Shown here one piece after another: positions 1 to 8,621 of a stretch of DNA of 64,000 bases. The DNA is taken from sequence record NC_028945.1; one strand, given 5' to 3'. Position 1 is the first letter of the stretch; each line of letters begins with the position of its first letter. Below the pieces are notes generated by a model. The model ran no database searches, had not been told where the DNA came from, and saw nothing but the letters and a program-made list of their open reading frames with translations. A program made the translations under genes and the position numbers.

Positions 1-49
1 AATCGGGGTTGGGCTTCGGTCCGACCCTCATTCATTAGGGAATACTTAA

Positions 50-301
50 ATGAAGAGATATGAATTGCGGGTAAAATTCTATGCCCGATCCGTCGATGAC
101 GAAACGTTCCATTATGTGATGGATCATATGCGGCACGGGCATTTTGAATACAGCTACGGCAGGAACATCAACAATCAGTTCGACACCATGGAATTCGTTT
201 TCCGAGGGCTTTCCGAACAAGGTGTTGAAACCACGAAAGAGTGGTGGCGGGCGCTGAATCTTGAAGGCGGCAATTTCACGACGGTTGAAACATACGGCTG
301 A
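50..301 (+). CDS. hypothetical protein
   Basis: ORF with RBS-like AGGG upstream; abuts next gene. Confidence 0.7.
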   Translation: MKRYELRVKFYARSVDDETFHYVMDHMRHGHFEYSYGRNINNQFDTMEFVFRGLSEQGVETTKEWWRALNLEGGNFTTVETYG

Positions 302-573
302 TGGACGAAAATATTGTTGTCAGGCGTTGGTTCTTCGCCTATAGTAAATACCTTCAGTTGAACGAACCCGACATCACAGAAGAAGAAATCTGTTTCCGGT
401 TCGCTGAAGTCTCAAATTCTTTCATGAAAATGTATGAAGAGAACCCGGAACGATGGTCCGGGAACATTGCTGTCATGTTGGTTCATTATACCGACATGTA
501 CGAACGATTGAGCGAAAATTTGATTTATCGAGGGGCAACGACAAGCTCCGAAAAGACAAGGTGGTCACTTTAA
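301..573 (+). CDS. hypothetical protein
   Basis: 1-nt overlap (TGATG) with previous ORF. Confidence 0.7.
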   Translation: MDENIVVRRWFFAYSKYLQLNEPDITEEEICFRFAEVSNSFMKMYEENPERWSGNIAVMLVHYTDMYERLSENLIYRGATTSSEKTRWSL

Positions 574-576
574 AAT

Positions 577-1014
577 ATGAGTTTGTACCTTCATAATCGC
601 GTCCTGATATACAGAACGAACAATTCAGAACTTGACGGGGTTTATGGTAAGATCACTGGTCTTGCTGTCGATGGGCATATCAAGATTTGGATCGTCACTC
701 TTGATGTCGCTCTGAAGGACGGCACCACAACGGTGGCGATTCCGGAAGTGTGTTTGACCATGATACCGGATCGCTATCCACCTTATCCGGACTATGAAAA
801 GACGGTTCCAAAAACTCCGAACTACCCGCTCCCGGCATATCCAGCACCAAAGCCCGAAGATAAATACTGGTGGGATCAGTTCCAACGCGAGGCTTGGAAA
901 GACCCAAACCCGATTGTCGGTCAATGTGCGAAATGTAAGCGGGATATTCGCCACATTGAATATTACGCGTGTGGCACCTATGATTGCCCAATTCAACCGA
1001 AAGTGTGGTTATAA
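577..1014 (+). CDS. hypothetical protein, Pro-rich linker, C-terminal CxxC...C motif
   Basis: tightly packed ORF; CAKC...CGTYDC. Confidence 0.7.
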   Translation: MSLYLHNRVLIYRTNNSELDGVYGKITGLAVDGHIKIWIVTLDVALKDGTTTVAIPEVCLTMIPDRYPPYPDYEKTVPKTPNYPLPAYPAPKPEDKYWWDQFQREAWKDPNPIVGQCAKCKRDIRHIEYYACGTYDCPIQPKVWL

Positions 1015-1265
1015 TGGAAATCTTAATTTGGATTACCATGGGATTGGTCGCGGCAGTCGGGTTTCATTGCTTCATTGCCATGATAGAAAATCGACCGTTT
1101 GACGAATTCATTCCGGCTAATGCGTTGCTATTAGTTGTTATTTGTTGTGCGTTTGGTCCGCTGGCATTGATAGTTGTTGGTGCGGTTCTGATAGGTTTGG
1201 CGATCATGTTTCTTCTGTCCAGCGCCACTATGACAAAGCGCTACCGGCTCCGGGGTCGAAAGTGA
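1014..1265 (+). CDS. small membrane protein
   Basis: TAATG coupling at 1014; hydrophobic segments. Confidence 0.7.
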   Translation: MEILIWITMGLVAAVGFHCFIAMIENRPFDEFIPANALLLVVICCAFGPLALIVVGAVLIGLAIMFLLSSATMTKRYRLRGRK

Positions 1266-1717
1266 ACATCGGTTCAGGCTCCGGATATCCTGCTTCGGCA
1301 TTGTCGAACTTCTCCCCGCATCCCTTTGTGTTTGACGGGGTTGAAGTCGCATCACCCGAAGGATTTCTTCAAAGTTTAAAGTTCGACAAGCCACATGTTC
1401 AGGTTGAAGTGTGTAAGCTGGTCGGCAAGGCGGCGAAGTTTCGAGGCAAGAAGCGCAACAGCAATTGGCAGCGGGTTCAGAAGCTTTGGTGGTTGGGTCA
1501 AGAGTTCGACCGGCACGGCGGCGAATACCAGCGCTTACTTGATAGGTTCTATTTCGAAATGGCGAAACAATCCGAATCATTCCGAAAGGCGTTGCTGGCG
1601 TCTGGTAATGCAACTCTCACTCACTCGATTGGTCACAACGATCCGTCGAAGACCATTTTAACCGAGCGGGAATTTTGTTCCCGCCTCACCAGATTGAGGA
1701 AATTTTTACAGCTATGA
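1262..1717 (+). CDS. NADAR-family protein (T4 gp30.3-like)
   Basis: ALSNF...F.FDG....EGFLQSLK and ALLAS...L.HS...TILTE.EF motifs match recalled gp30.3; GTG start at 1262 overlapping the upstream stop. Confidence 0.75.
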   Translation: MNIGSGSGYPASALSNFSPHPFVFDGVEVASPEGFLQSLKFDKPHVQVEVCKLVGKAAKFRGKKRNSNWQRVQKLWWLGQEFDRHGGEYQRLLDRFYFEMAKQSESFRKALLASGNATLTHSIGHNDPSKTILTEREFCSRLTRLRKFLQL

Positions 1718-1974
1718 CAATTCTAACAACAATGATTGTCTGGTATCTGATCGGCATCGTGGGATGTGGTATCCTACAAATTTTCGATAACATACTGGAC
1801 CAAAGGCAATGGGATCGTTTCGACACTGACTCCATTGGCTACATCATCATTTTTGCGATCCTTGGACCGGTGGCTTTCTTCGCATGTGCCTTGCTTGTGC
1901 TGGCGTTTATCGCGGTCTTGCTCAAAGAGAAGGTCGGTGATCGTGAATTCTATCTCACGGGGAAGCGCAAATGA
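1714..1974 (+). CDS. small membrane protein
   Basis: ATGA coupling; hydrophobic helices. Confidence 0.7.
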   Translation: MTILTTMIVWYLIGIVGCGILQIFDNILDQRQWDRFDTDSIGYIIIFAILGPVAFFACALLVLAFIAVLLKEKVGDREFYLTGKRK

Positions 1975-2165
1975 GTTTGATTACCGTCGAGGAATATCAA
2001 AAGAGGATGCGCGACCATTATGCCAGCCTTTACAAGACCGGCGTGGCGTGCCCGCATTGTGACTCCGAACTCGAATGGTCCGGTAATGGTGCATTTTTGA
2101 CCAAACCACCCAAGAAGCAAGCATATTGTACCGAGTGTACATATTCGACACTTCTCATAGTCTAA
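1971..2165 (+). CDS. small zinc-ribbon protein
   Basis: CPHC...CTEC. Confidence 0.7.
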   Translation: MSLITVEEYQKRMRDHYASLYKTGVACPHCDSELEWSGNGAFLTKPPKKQAYCTECTYSTLLIV

Positions 2166-2190
2166 GCCGGGAAACCCCGGCTTTTTTGTT
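2164..2190 (+). terminator. rho-independent terminator
   Basis: AAGCCGGG-AAAC-CCCGGCTT followed by T-tract. Confidence 0.85.
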
Positions 2191-2208
2191 TTCATTTCAA
2201 AATACCTG

Positions 2209-2237
2209 TTGACACGCGCATTATTTAAATCTACGTT
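2209..2237 (+). promoter_or_regulatory. sigma70-type early promoter
   Basis: TTGAC(2209)-N18-TACGTT, AT-rich upstream. Confidence 0.6.
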
Positions 2238-2312
2238 TCGACCATGGTCCGATTGACGAATCAGTTTGCTTGCGCTACCGGGGTTCTGCCTTTCAAAAAG
2301 CAGGGGATTGCC

Positions 2313-2534
2313 ATGAGCGCCGACTGGATCGAACACGACGGACTCCAATTTCCGGGCATCGACCCGAAAACCCTTGTGTTGGTACAATTTAGAGACGAGG
2401 CGGAAACTGACACCAACCCGCGCCCAGCGATTTATTGGGGACCGTGCTGGACACTGATCGACAGAACGTCGCCGACGTCTTCCATGAACCGGCATTGCAT
2501 CGCACGTTATCAAATAGTTGAAGGATTTATATAA
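2313..2534 (+). CDS. hypothetical protein (W.E.dG...P domain, related to 32285..32650)
   Basis: RBS GGGGA then ATG 2313; WIEHDG..P...V.V.FRD...I.RY pattern. Confidence 0.7.
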   Translation: MSADWIEHDGLQFPGIDPKTLVLVQFRDEAETDTNPRPAIYWGPCWTLIDRTSPTSSMNRHCIARYQIVEGFI

Positions 2535-3769
2535 TGATAAAATACCTTGTGGGCGGCGCGGTCCGCGACCTGAAGATGGGCATGATGCCGAAGGACGAAG
2601 ATTACGTGTGGGTCGGTGCGACTCCTGCCGATATGATCGATATGGGCATGAAGCAGGTTGGCGCGGATTTCCCGGTGTTCCTTGACGCACAAAACCGCGA
2701 ACACGCACTCGCCCGGATCGAACGCAAGACCGGCGAAGGCTACAAGGGATTCGAATGCGCCTTTGACACGTCGATCACCATCGAACAAGACCTGATGCGC
2801 CGCGATCTTACCATCAACGCCATGGCAATGTTTATGGATGGTCAAATCATCGATCCGTTCGGCGGCATGGACGATCTGAAAAACAAGGTGCTTCGCCACG
2901 TCAATGCGGAAACCTTCAAGGAAGACCCGCTTCGCGTGCTGCGCGTTGCCCGTTTCCTTGCGCGGTGGAAGGATTTTGATGTCGCTCCGGAGACGTTCAA
3001 GCTGCTTCAGGAAATGGCGGCATCTGGCGAACTGAAGACGCTTCAGGCGGATCGCGTTTGGAAGGAAACGGAAAAGGCGCTGTCGGAAGAAATGCCGAGT
3101 CGGTTCTTCGTGTTCCTTCAGATGATCGGCGCGCTGAATGACGTGTTTCCGGAAGTGGCGGCACTGTTTGGGGTTCCGCAACCCTACAAGTACCACCCGG
3201 AAGGTGATTGCTTCATTCACACGATGATGGTTCTGGACCAAATGACGGCAACTTATCATTCGCCGGTTGCCCGTTTCGCGGCTCTCTGCCACGATCTTGG
3301 CAAGGCGACGTCTGATCCGGCGAAGCTGCCTCACCACTACGGGCATGAACAGCGCGGCGAAGGAATCATCGAACGAATGGCGGAACGTCTGCCGGTTCCG
3401 AATGAATACAAGGAAATCGCGATTGCGGTTGCCAAGTACCACACTCACATTCACAACTTCGACAAGCTGAACAGCAAGACGATTGTGAAGATGTTCGATG
3501 ATCTGCCACATCGCCGCTACGAAGGTGATGTGATGTGGATTCTCCCGACTGTCTCGGAATGTGATCACAAGGGACGGACGTCGTTCTTCGCGAACCGGCA
3601 CTACCCGAACGCTACGAAGGCGACACAGGTGTTTCTGAAGCTGTCGCAATACAAGACGAGCGATCACAAGCCGGTTGAAGAAATCAAGGAAATGAAGCCG
3701 GAAGCAATCCGGGATTTCAACTATCGAACCAAGACGCGGATTGTCGCGGAAATGCGGGGAGTAGAATAA
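2534..3769 (+). CDS. cca: multifunctional CCA tRNA nucleotidyltransferase with HD domain
   Basis: YLVGGAVRD, D.D, RRDLTINAMA, EDPLRVLRVARF, HPEGD..HT, LCHDLGK motifs. Confidence 0.93.
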   Translation: MIKYLVGGAVRDLKMGMMPKDEDYVWVGATPADMIDMGMKQVGADFPVFLDAQNREHALARIERKTGEGYKGFECAFDTSITIEQDLMRRDLTINAMAMFMDGQIIDPFGGMDDLKNKVLRHVNAETFKEDPLRVLRVARFLARWKDFDVAPETFKLLQEMAASGELKTLQADRVWKETEKALSEEMPSRFFVFLQMIGALNDVFPEVAALFGVPQPYKYHPEGDCFIHTMMVLDQMTATYHSPVARFAALCHDLGKATSDPAKLPHHYGHEQRGEGIIERMAERLPVPNEYKEIAIAVAKYHTHIHNFDKLNSKTIVKMFDDLPHRRYEGDVMWILPTVSECDHKGRTSFFANRHYPNATKATQVFLKLSQYKTSDHKPVEEIKEMKPEAIRDFNYRTKTRIVAEMRGVE

Positions 3770-3984
3770 TGGGTGTTAAATCGACAGTCACAATGACGCG
3801 AAGCCAAGCGGAAGAGCGCTTCGTCGCTTACTGGCGTCGTCATACAGATCAGACAATTGCGGAAATCGCGGCTGGTTTGAACGATTATGACCTTGAAAAC
3901 GCATTGGAATACATGAATGACCAATTGAGTTACAACGGTCAAGGCTTCGACAATTACTCTATTGTACCGGATGACGAACGATGA
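3769..3984 (+). CDS. hypothetical protein
   Basis: coupled ORF. Confidence 0.65.
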   Translation: MGVKSTVTMTRSQAEERFVAYWRRHTDQTIAEIAAGLNDYDLENALEYMNDQLSYNGQGFDNYSIVPDDER

Positions 3985-4340
3985 AAATTGAAGTTGGAAA
4001 GATGTACTACAATGTCATCGGCGAAGTGCGAAAGATCGTCGGGACGTTCGATGATGATCCGTATGTGTTCATCGATCATATGGGATGGACCTACACGGCG
4101 GATGGCGTCTATGATCTGATCGATACCGCTGCCGGTGTTGATCGTTATGACTTTTGGCAGGAATATCTTGTCGAAGACAAATACAGCCATCACGCAAACA
4201 TGATGTGTCTTGCGCTGGAATCGGCTCTGTCCGATACCAATTGCGAGTGGTCCGACGACAAGTTCACCGAAGCACTGAACACGGTCAATCAGTTCCGTGA
4301 CTTCCTCAGACTCAAGAAATTTATCCCGGAGCGATACTGA
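3981..4340 (+). CDS. hypothetical protein
   Basis: ATGA coupling. Confidence 0.65.
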   Translation: MKIEVGKMYYNVIGEVRKIVGTFDDDPYVFIDHMGWTYTADGVYDLIDTAAGVDRYDFWQEYLVEDKYSHHANMMCLALESALSDTNCEWSDDKFTEALNTVNQFRDFLRLKKFIPERY

Positions 4341-4344
4341 TTCC

Positions 4345-4422
4345 AAATAATTTCAAATTCTCCGGTTGACACCATCACGAATCTCTTTTAGTTTCGAATC
4401 GTTGATAAAAGAGAGGTTCCCG
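4345..4422 (+). promoter_or_regulatory. conserved early promoter/leader cassette
   Basis: AAATAATTTCAAATT, TTGAC(4366)-N18-TAGTTT, GAGAGGTTCCCG-ATG. Confidence 0.8.
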
Positions 4423-4647
4423 ATGCTTTATGAACGTTTCGCCCGCGATCTTTCCGAAGAACTCTTCAATTCCGTTTATGACGATCTTATGGCGTTGGCA
4501 GAAAGCCAACAGAAATCGATCCATGCCGCGAACGGCAAAATGTATGCCGGGGAATGCCAAGAGAAGCTGAACGCATTTTGTCACGGCAAGCTGTCGCTTG
4601 GTGACGCACTCGATTTCATCAAAATTCAGAAGGCGTATGGGAAGTGA
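4423..4647 (+). CDS. hypothetical protein
   Basis: ATG 4423 after cassette RBS. Confidence 0.7.
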   Translation: MLYERFARDLSEELFNSVYDDLMALAESQQKSIHAANGKMYAGECQEKLNAFCHGKLSLGDALDFIKIQKAYGK

Positions 4648-5354
4648 GCAATCTCGACAAGGTTCGCACCAAGATCGCCGCACTGATGGCACGCGCCAAG
4701 GACAAGGCGTCATCCGAAGCCGAAGCCAACAAGGCGCTTGCCGTTGCCCAAAAGCTGATGGCGGAACACAGCCTCACGCTGGACGACATCACGTCTGGTC
4801 GGGTCAACAAGTCCGACTATGTCAAAAAGACGGCGACGGACATGGTCACGATGATCGACCGTCTTTGCGGTCCGGCAATCGGGCGATTCTGTGATGTCAA
4901 GGCATATATAAATCATGTGGAAGGCGGGCGCGTCGAATTCTATGGTTATGGCGTCGATGTGGAACTTGCCTTCTATCTCCGGGAAGTCATGAACAATACC
5001 GCCCAATACGAATTCGAGCGCTATTTCAAGGGGCTGAAGTCTCTGATCAAGGGCACTCCGGTGACTGCCGAATCGCTCCTGATGGATTTTTGCGGCGGGT
5101 TCTCGGAACGAATCAAGGAACGCATGGAACAATTGAAGGGTGTATCGGTTTCGGACAATCCCGGCAAGGCGTTGGTCGTTCTGAAGATGGCGCTTGTCGA
5201 GGCTGCTTTTGCCGACGAAGAAGGCATGGAGCTTAAGGATGGTGCGGAACAATCGTGGAATTATACCCGCGCCGAAGAAGCCGGTCGAAGAGCCGCCGAC
5301 AAGGTGAAGCTCAACCGGTCGATTGGTGAAAACAACCTAAAGAGGATCAAGTGA
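4644..5354 (+). CDS. DUF2786-like domain protein
   Basis: N-terminal KVRTKIAALMARA.....EA..A...AQKLM pattern. Confidence 0.7.
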   Translation: MSNLDKVRTKIAALMARAKDKASSEAEANKALAVAQKLMAEHSLTLDDITSGRVNKSDYVKKTATDMVTMIDRLCGPAIGRFCDVKAYINHVEGGRVEFYGYGVDVELAFYLREVMNNTAQYEFERYFKGLKSLIKGTPVTAESLLMDFCGGFSERIKERMEQLKGVSVSDNPGKALVVLKMALVEAAFADEEGMELKDGAEQSWNYTRAEEAGRRAADKVKLNRSIGENNLKRIK

Positions 5355-5355
5355 A

Positions 5356-5571
5356 TTGACTCTACATGAACGACAATCCGAGAACATGCGGCGGGCAATC
5401 GAGGAATTCCAAGGCTACGTCAACGAACTGTCGAATGGTGATCCAACATCAATGCGGATCGCCTATATCCGCAACAAGGCGGAAGTCTGCGAAGACCTGA
5501 TGAACGCATGCAACAACTCGGATGCGACCCTTTCGCGGTTGCTCACCAGTGTGTTTCAGCTAACGAATTGA
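5356..5571 (+). CDS. hypothetical protein
   Basis: TTG-start ORF in tight operon. Confidence 0.55.
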   Translation: MTLHERQSENMRRAIEEFQGYVNELSNGDPTSMRIAYIRNKAEVCEDLMNACNNSDATLSRLLTSVFQLTN

Positions 5572-5578
5572 GGTTATC

Positions 5579-5857
5579 ATGGGTATTCAGCAACGCGTGG
5601 TGGAGTTTTCCGACTTCGCCAATTCGTTGGATTCCGGATGTCTTACCGAATACAAAGCCGGATGTATGTTGATCCAATTGGAAGCCATGCCACACCTTCT
5701 GGACCATTTCGGGTGCTGTATGGCATTCGTTCAGAACTGTCTCCGGGCAGATGGCTTCAGCGACCGCGCTTGTTATATGGTCGCCGACTATCTGAAGAAA
5801 CTGGAATGGGAACCACCCGAATACATCATTGAAGGCGAAATGGTTACCCTGATGTAA
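5579..5857 (+). CDS. hypothetical protein
   Basis: RBS GAGG. Confidence 0.65.
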   Translation: MGIQQRVVEFSDFANSLDSGCLTEYKAGCMLIQLEAMPHLLDHFGCCMAFVQNCLRADGFSDRACYMVADYLKKLEWEPPEYIIEGEMVTLM

Positions 5858-5935
5858 ATTTCGTTTCGTTTGAAATTCCTTGTTGACAGAACACCATTAT
5901 TCGAATAAATAGCTGTTCATCACAAGGAGATCAAG

Positions 5936-6076
5936 ATGAAACAACGAAATCCGATGGCGCGGGAACTCTCCCAATCCATCTACCGCAAAAAGGTCGTCAA
6001 ATCCAAGAAGACCTACAACAGAAAGAAGATCGCCGGGAAACGCCATCCCGGCGATTATTTTTTGAAAGCTGCTTGA
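5936..6076 (+). CDS. small basic protein (46 aa, MKQRNPMARELSQSIYRKKVVKSKKTYNRKK...)
   Basis: below ORF-track cutoff; RBS AAGGAG; promoter TTGAC(5883)-N18-TAAATA; resembles a recalled widespread NP.A..L...YR.KVV.SKK.YNRK phage family. Confidence 0.7.
   Translation: MKQRNPMARELSQSIYRKKVVKSKKTYNRKKIAGKRHPGDYFLKAA
6029..6063 (+). terminator. rho-independent terminator-like hairpin within the 3' end of the small ORF
   Basis: ATCGCCGGGA...TCCCGGCGAT followed by T-tract. Confidence 0.6.
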
Positions 6077-6143
6077 TTTCTTCTCATACATAATTCATAA
6101 CTGTCTCCAATATTTCATCCAACAATCATTGAAAATATAATCA

Positions 6144-6908
6144 TTGGCAAAACTCACGAAAGTCGAGCGACGGAATCACGCGCTCGCTGAAGACCTATTA
6201 CATTCCGACAAGCCTCTTTCATGGGAAGACAAGGAATTCATCTACCGCAATTGGCATGAGGGCGCGACCCACAACAATGGCAATGCCGGTGCGTTCTTCA
6301 CTCCATTCGAAATGGCGCTGGACTTCGCTTTGGAAGTCGGTGGCGGTCGGATCATCGATCTATGCGCCGGTTCCGGTATCCTGTCATTCGGTGTCTTAAC
6401 GCGACTCGGTCACTATGGCGGCTGGTCCGCACCATCCCCGGTCGAAATCGTCTGTGTCGAGTACAATCCCGATTATCTGGCGATTGGCAAGCGGCTGGTC
6501 CCGGAAGCGACATGGATCAATGCCGATGTCTTCGACGTGCTGGATATGGACCTTGGAAAGTTCGACTATGCGATTTCCAATCCGCCATTTGGCAAGGTCA
6601 AGCGTTCAAAGAATTCGCCGGGATATTCTGGCGCGGACTTTGAATTCCATGTGATCGACATCGCTTCCCGGATCGCTGATTATGGCGTCTTCATTGTTCC
6701 TCAGAACAATGCTGGTTTCAATTATTCCGGAAAGCGCTTTTATGAGCGGCAGACCGAAGGCAAGGCTGTCAAATTCCAGCAAGACACTGGTTTGTATTTT
6801 GAATGCGGCATTGGCGTTGACACATCGATCTTCCGCAATGAATGGAAGGGTGTCAGTCCGGCAACAGAGATTGTCTCTGTCACTTTCAATCCCAATGACA
6901 TCGGATAA
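6144..6908 (+). CDS. orphan amino-type (N6A/N4C) DNA methyltransferase
   Basis: GAFFTP, DLCAGSG (SAM binding), NPPF catalytic motif. Confidence 0.85.
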   Translation: MAKLTKVERRNHALAEDLLHSDKPLSWEDKEFIYRNWHEGATHNNGNAGAFFTPFEMALDFALEVGGGRIIDLCAGSGILSFGVLTRLGHYGGWSAPSPVEIVCVEYNPDYLAIGKRLVPEATWINADVFDVLDMDLGKFDYAISNPPFGKVKRSKNSPGYSGADFEFHVIDIASRIADYGVFIVPQNNAGFNYSGKRFYERQTEGKAVKFQQDTGLYFECGIGVDTSIFRNEWKGVSPATEIVSVTFNPNDIG

Positions 6909-6946
6909 TAAATAACTTTTTAAGTTTTATTCATTGGGAGCAATAG

Positions 6947-7699
6947 ATGTCTCTACTCAAAGAGTTTCGGGAATATCAAAAGGCGCTTCAGGAACAGGCA
7001 CTTTTAGCCGAGACCGATGCTTATTTCGAAGCCTACGATCAAATGTACGATCAGCTTGAAGAAGCTGTTGTTTTGAATGAGAATACACTTGTCAATCCGG
7101 CATTTTCTCCGGGTGAGAAGCTTGCCGAACTTGGAACTCTTGCCAAGCAGATTGCTGGTGGCATCATTTCCAAAGCTGACATTGCCGACAAGCTTGGTAG
7201 TGTTTACGACAAGTTTAAGAATTTCTTCGAATCGGTTAAAGACAAGTTCAAGACGATCCTTCAGAAAGCCGCCAACAAATTTTCAAACACCAAAATCCTT
7301 GCCCAATTGAAGCCGCTGAAATCCTTGCTGGATAAGGTCGATGGTCGCGGCAAGAGCCTGTCGAGTATTACTGACTTGGTGCGCGGCGCGGCGATTTTTG
7401 AAGATCGCGAGGATGCCGAAAAATTCGTCAAAGACCTTCAGCGCAAGCATGGCGACAAGATCGTTGAGTTTGTCGAAAAGACCAAAGGCAGTGATATGGT
7501 GTATGGTTATTATGGTACATACCATCTGCTTATCGAGATTGACGGCATCATTTGTGAAATTCAGGTTGCCACGAAGAAGCTTTGGAAGCAGAAGAAGCTT
7601 GCTCATAAGGTTTACACTGCTACGCGTTCAAGCTCTGATGGTCCGTCGAAGGAAGATTCCCAACTGTCCAAGCGTCTCTTCAGCAAAGGAAATCGGTAG
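6947..7699 (+). CDS. RelA/SpoT-like nucleotidyltransferase (small alarmone synthetase-like) with acidic N-terminal extension
   Basis: LK..KS..DK, TDLVRG, GYYGTYH, EIQVAT...AHKVY motifs in canonical order; TAAATA at 6909. Confidence 0.75.
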   Translation: MSLLKEFREYQKALQEQALLAETDAYFEAYDQMYDQLEEAVVLNENTLVNPAFSPGEKLAELGTLAKQIAGGIISKADIADKLGSVYDKFKNFFESVKDKFKTILQKAANKFSNTKILAQLKPLKSLLDKVDGRGKSLSSITDLVRGAAIFEDREDAEKFVKDLQRKHGDKIVEFVEKTKGSDMVYGYYGTYHLLIEIDGIICEIQVATKKLWKQKKLAHKVYTATRSSSDGPSKEDSQLSKRLFSKGNR

Positions 7700-7783
7700 A
7701 GAATTTCGTTTTATTTCAAGTTACCCTGTTGACATCGGGAACAATATGTCCTACAAAGACATAGAAACAAAAGAGAGTTCCCG

Positions 7784-8179
7784 ATGTCCGAAAAAATCTC
7801 GTTCGAAGTTGACAGCTTGACCTACGTCGTAGAGTTTGACAACAACGAATTTTTCCTGTACGTCGATGGCACCAAAGCCAAGACCAAGATCGCCGAAGAA
7901 GTTGAGTTTGACGGCTTTGATTTCTTCGAAGAAACATCACACAACGTCATGAAGTCTTCCGAGTTAGTCAAGGCGAAGTCGCCGCTCAAGATTTTCAAGA
8001 ACGTCTTGAAGTTTGTCGAAGACATGATCGGCAAGCACAAGCCGCACTTCTTCTTCTTCGCTGCCAATGAAGAAAAGAAGATCAGTCTGTATTCGACCGT
8101 TGCCCAACAAATCGCCAAGAAGAGCGAATATTATCTTCAGGCAGACGGCGGTAGCTTCTACTTCTACAAGCAAGCCTAA
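7784..8179 (+). CDS. hypothetical protein (possibly GNAT-like fold)
   Basis: own TTGAC promoter at 7729; IF..V...(I)...P..F.F.A.E.....LY pattern. Confidence 0.65.
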   Translation: MSEKISFEVDSLTYVVEFDNNEFFLYVDGTKAKTKIAEEVEFDGFDFFEETSHNVMKSSELVKAKSPLKIFKNVLKFVEDMIGKHKPHFFFFAANEEKKISLYSTVAQQIAKKSEYYLQADGGSFYFYKQA

Positions 8180-8229
8180 CGCCACTTTCACAAAAGGAAT
8201 TTTTGATTTTGCTTGACATCTATCCAGAA

Positions 8230-8415
8230 ATGGTTAGAGCGTTCTTCCTCGTCCTGATTATGAATCCATCAGGCGACCCCGCCATGACCACCATTCCCAT
8301 CTCATATGAAACGCGCATCGCATGCGAAGAAGCCGGTATTAAGTGGCTGAAGGATATGCCGCGCTCCAATGATTTTTATTGTGTCTATCACGAGACTCGC
8401 AAGGATTTGAAATGA
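8230..8415 (+). CDS. small protein, possible signal peptide and Cys pair (start uncertain)
   Basis: ORF overlaps next gene ATGA; alternative starts 8260/8284. Confidence 0.45.
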   Translation: MVRAFFLVLIMNPSGDPAMTTIPISYETRIACEEAGIKWLKDMPRSNDFYCVYHETRKDLK

Positions 8416-8621
8416 ATATAAGATTTCCTATTTTTGAGAAAGACCCGGAGACCCCGTTTGAGTACATCATGGGCGCGGCGCTGATTATTCTCGCTATCGT
8501 GTCTGGTATGGCAATTATCGCCGCATCGATCTTCTTTCTTGGATTCTGGTCAATTCCGATCTATGGAGTGATTGTGCTCGCCATCGCCTTCTATAAAGGC
8601 TATATTAAGTTCGAAAAATGA
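8412..8621 (+). CDS. small membrane protein
   Basis: two hydrophobic helices. Confidence 0.65.
   Translation: MNIRFPIFEKDPETPFEYIMGAALIILAIVSGMAIIAASIFFLGFWSIPIYGVIVLAIAFYKGYIKFEK

Noticed and set aside
6947-8179. Classical toxSAS toxin-antitoxin operon
   Set aside because: The downstream gene has its own promoter and no antitoxin signature; the upstream gene is a methylase
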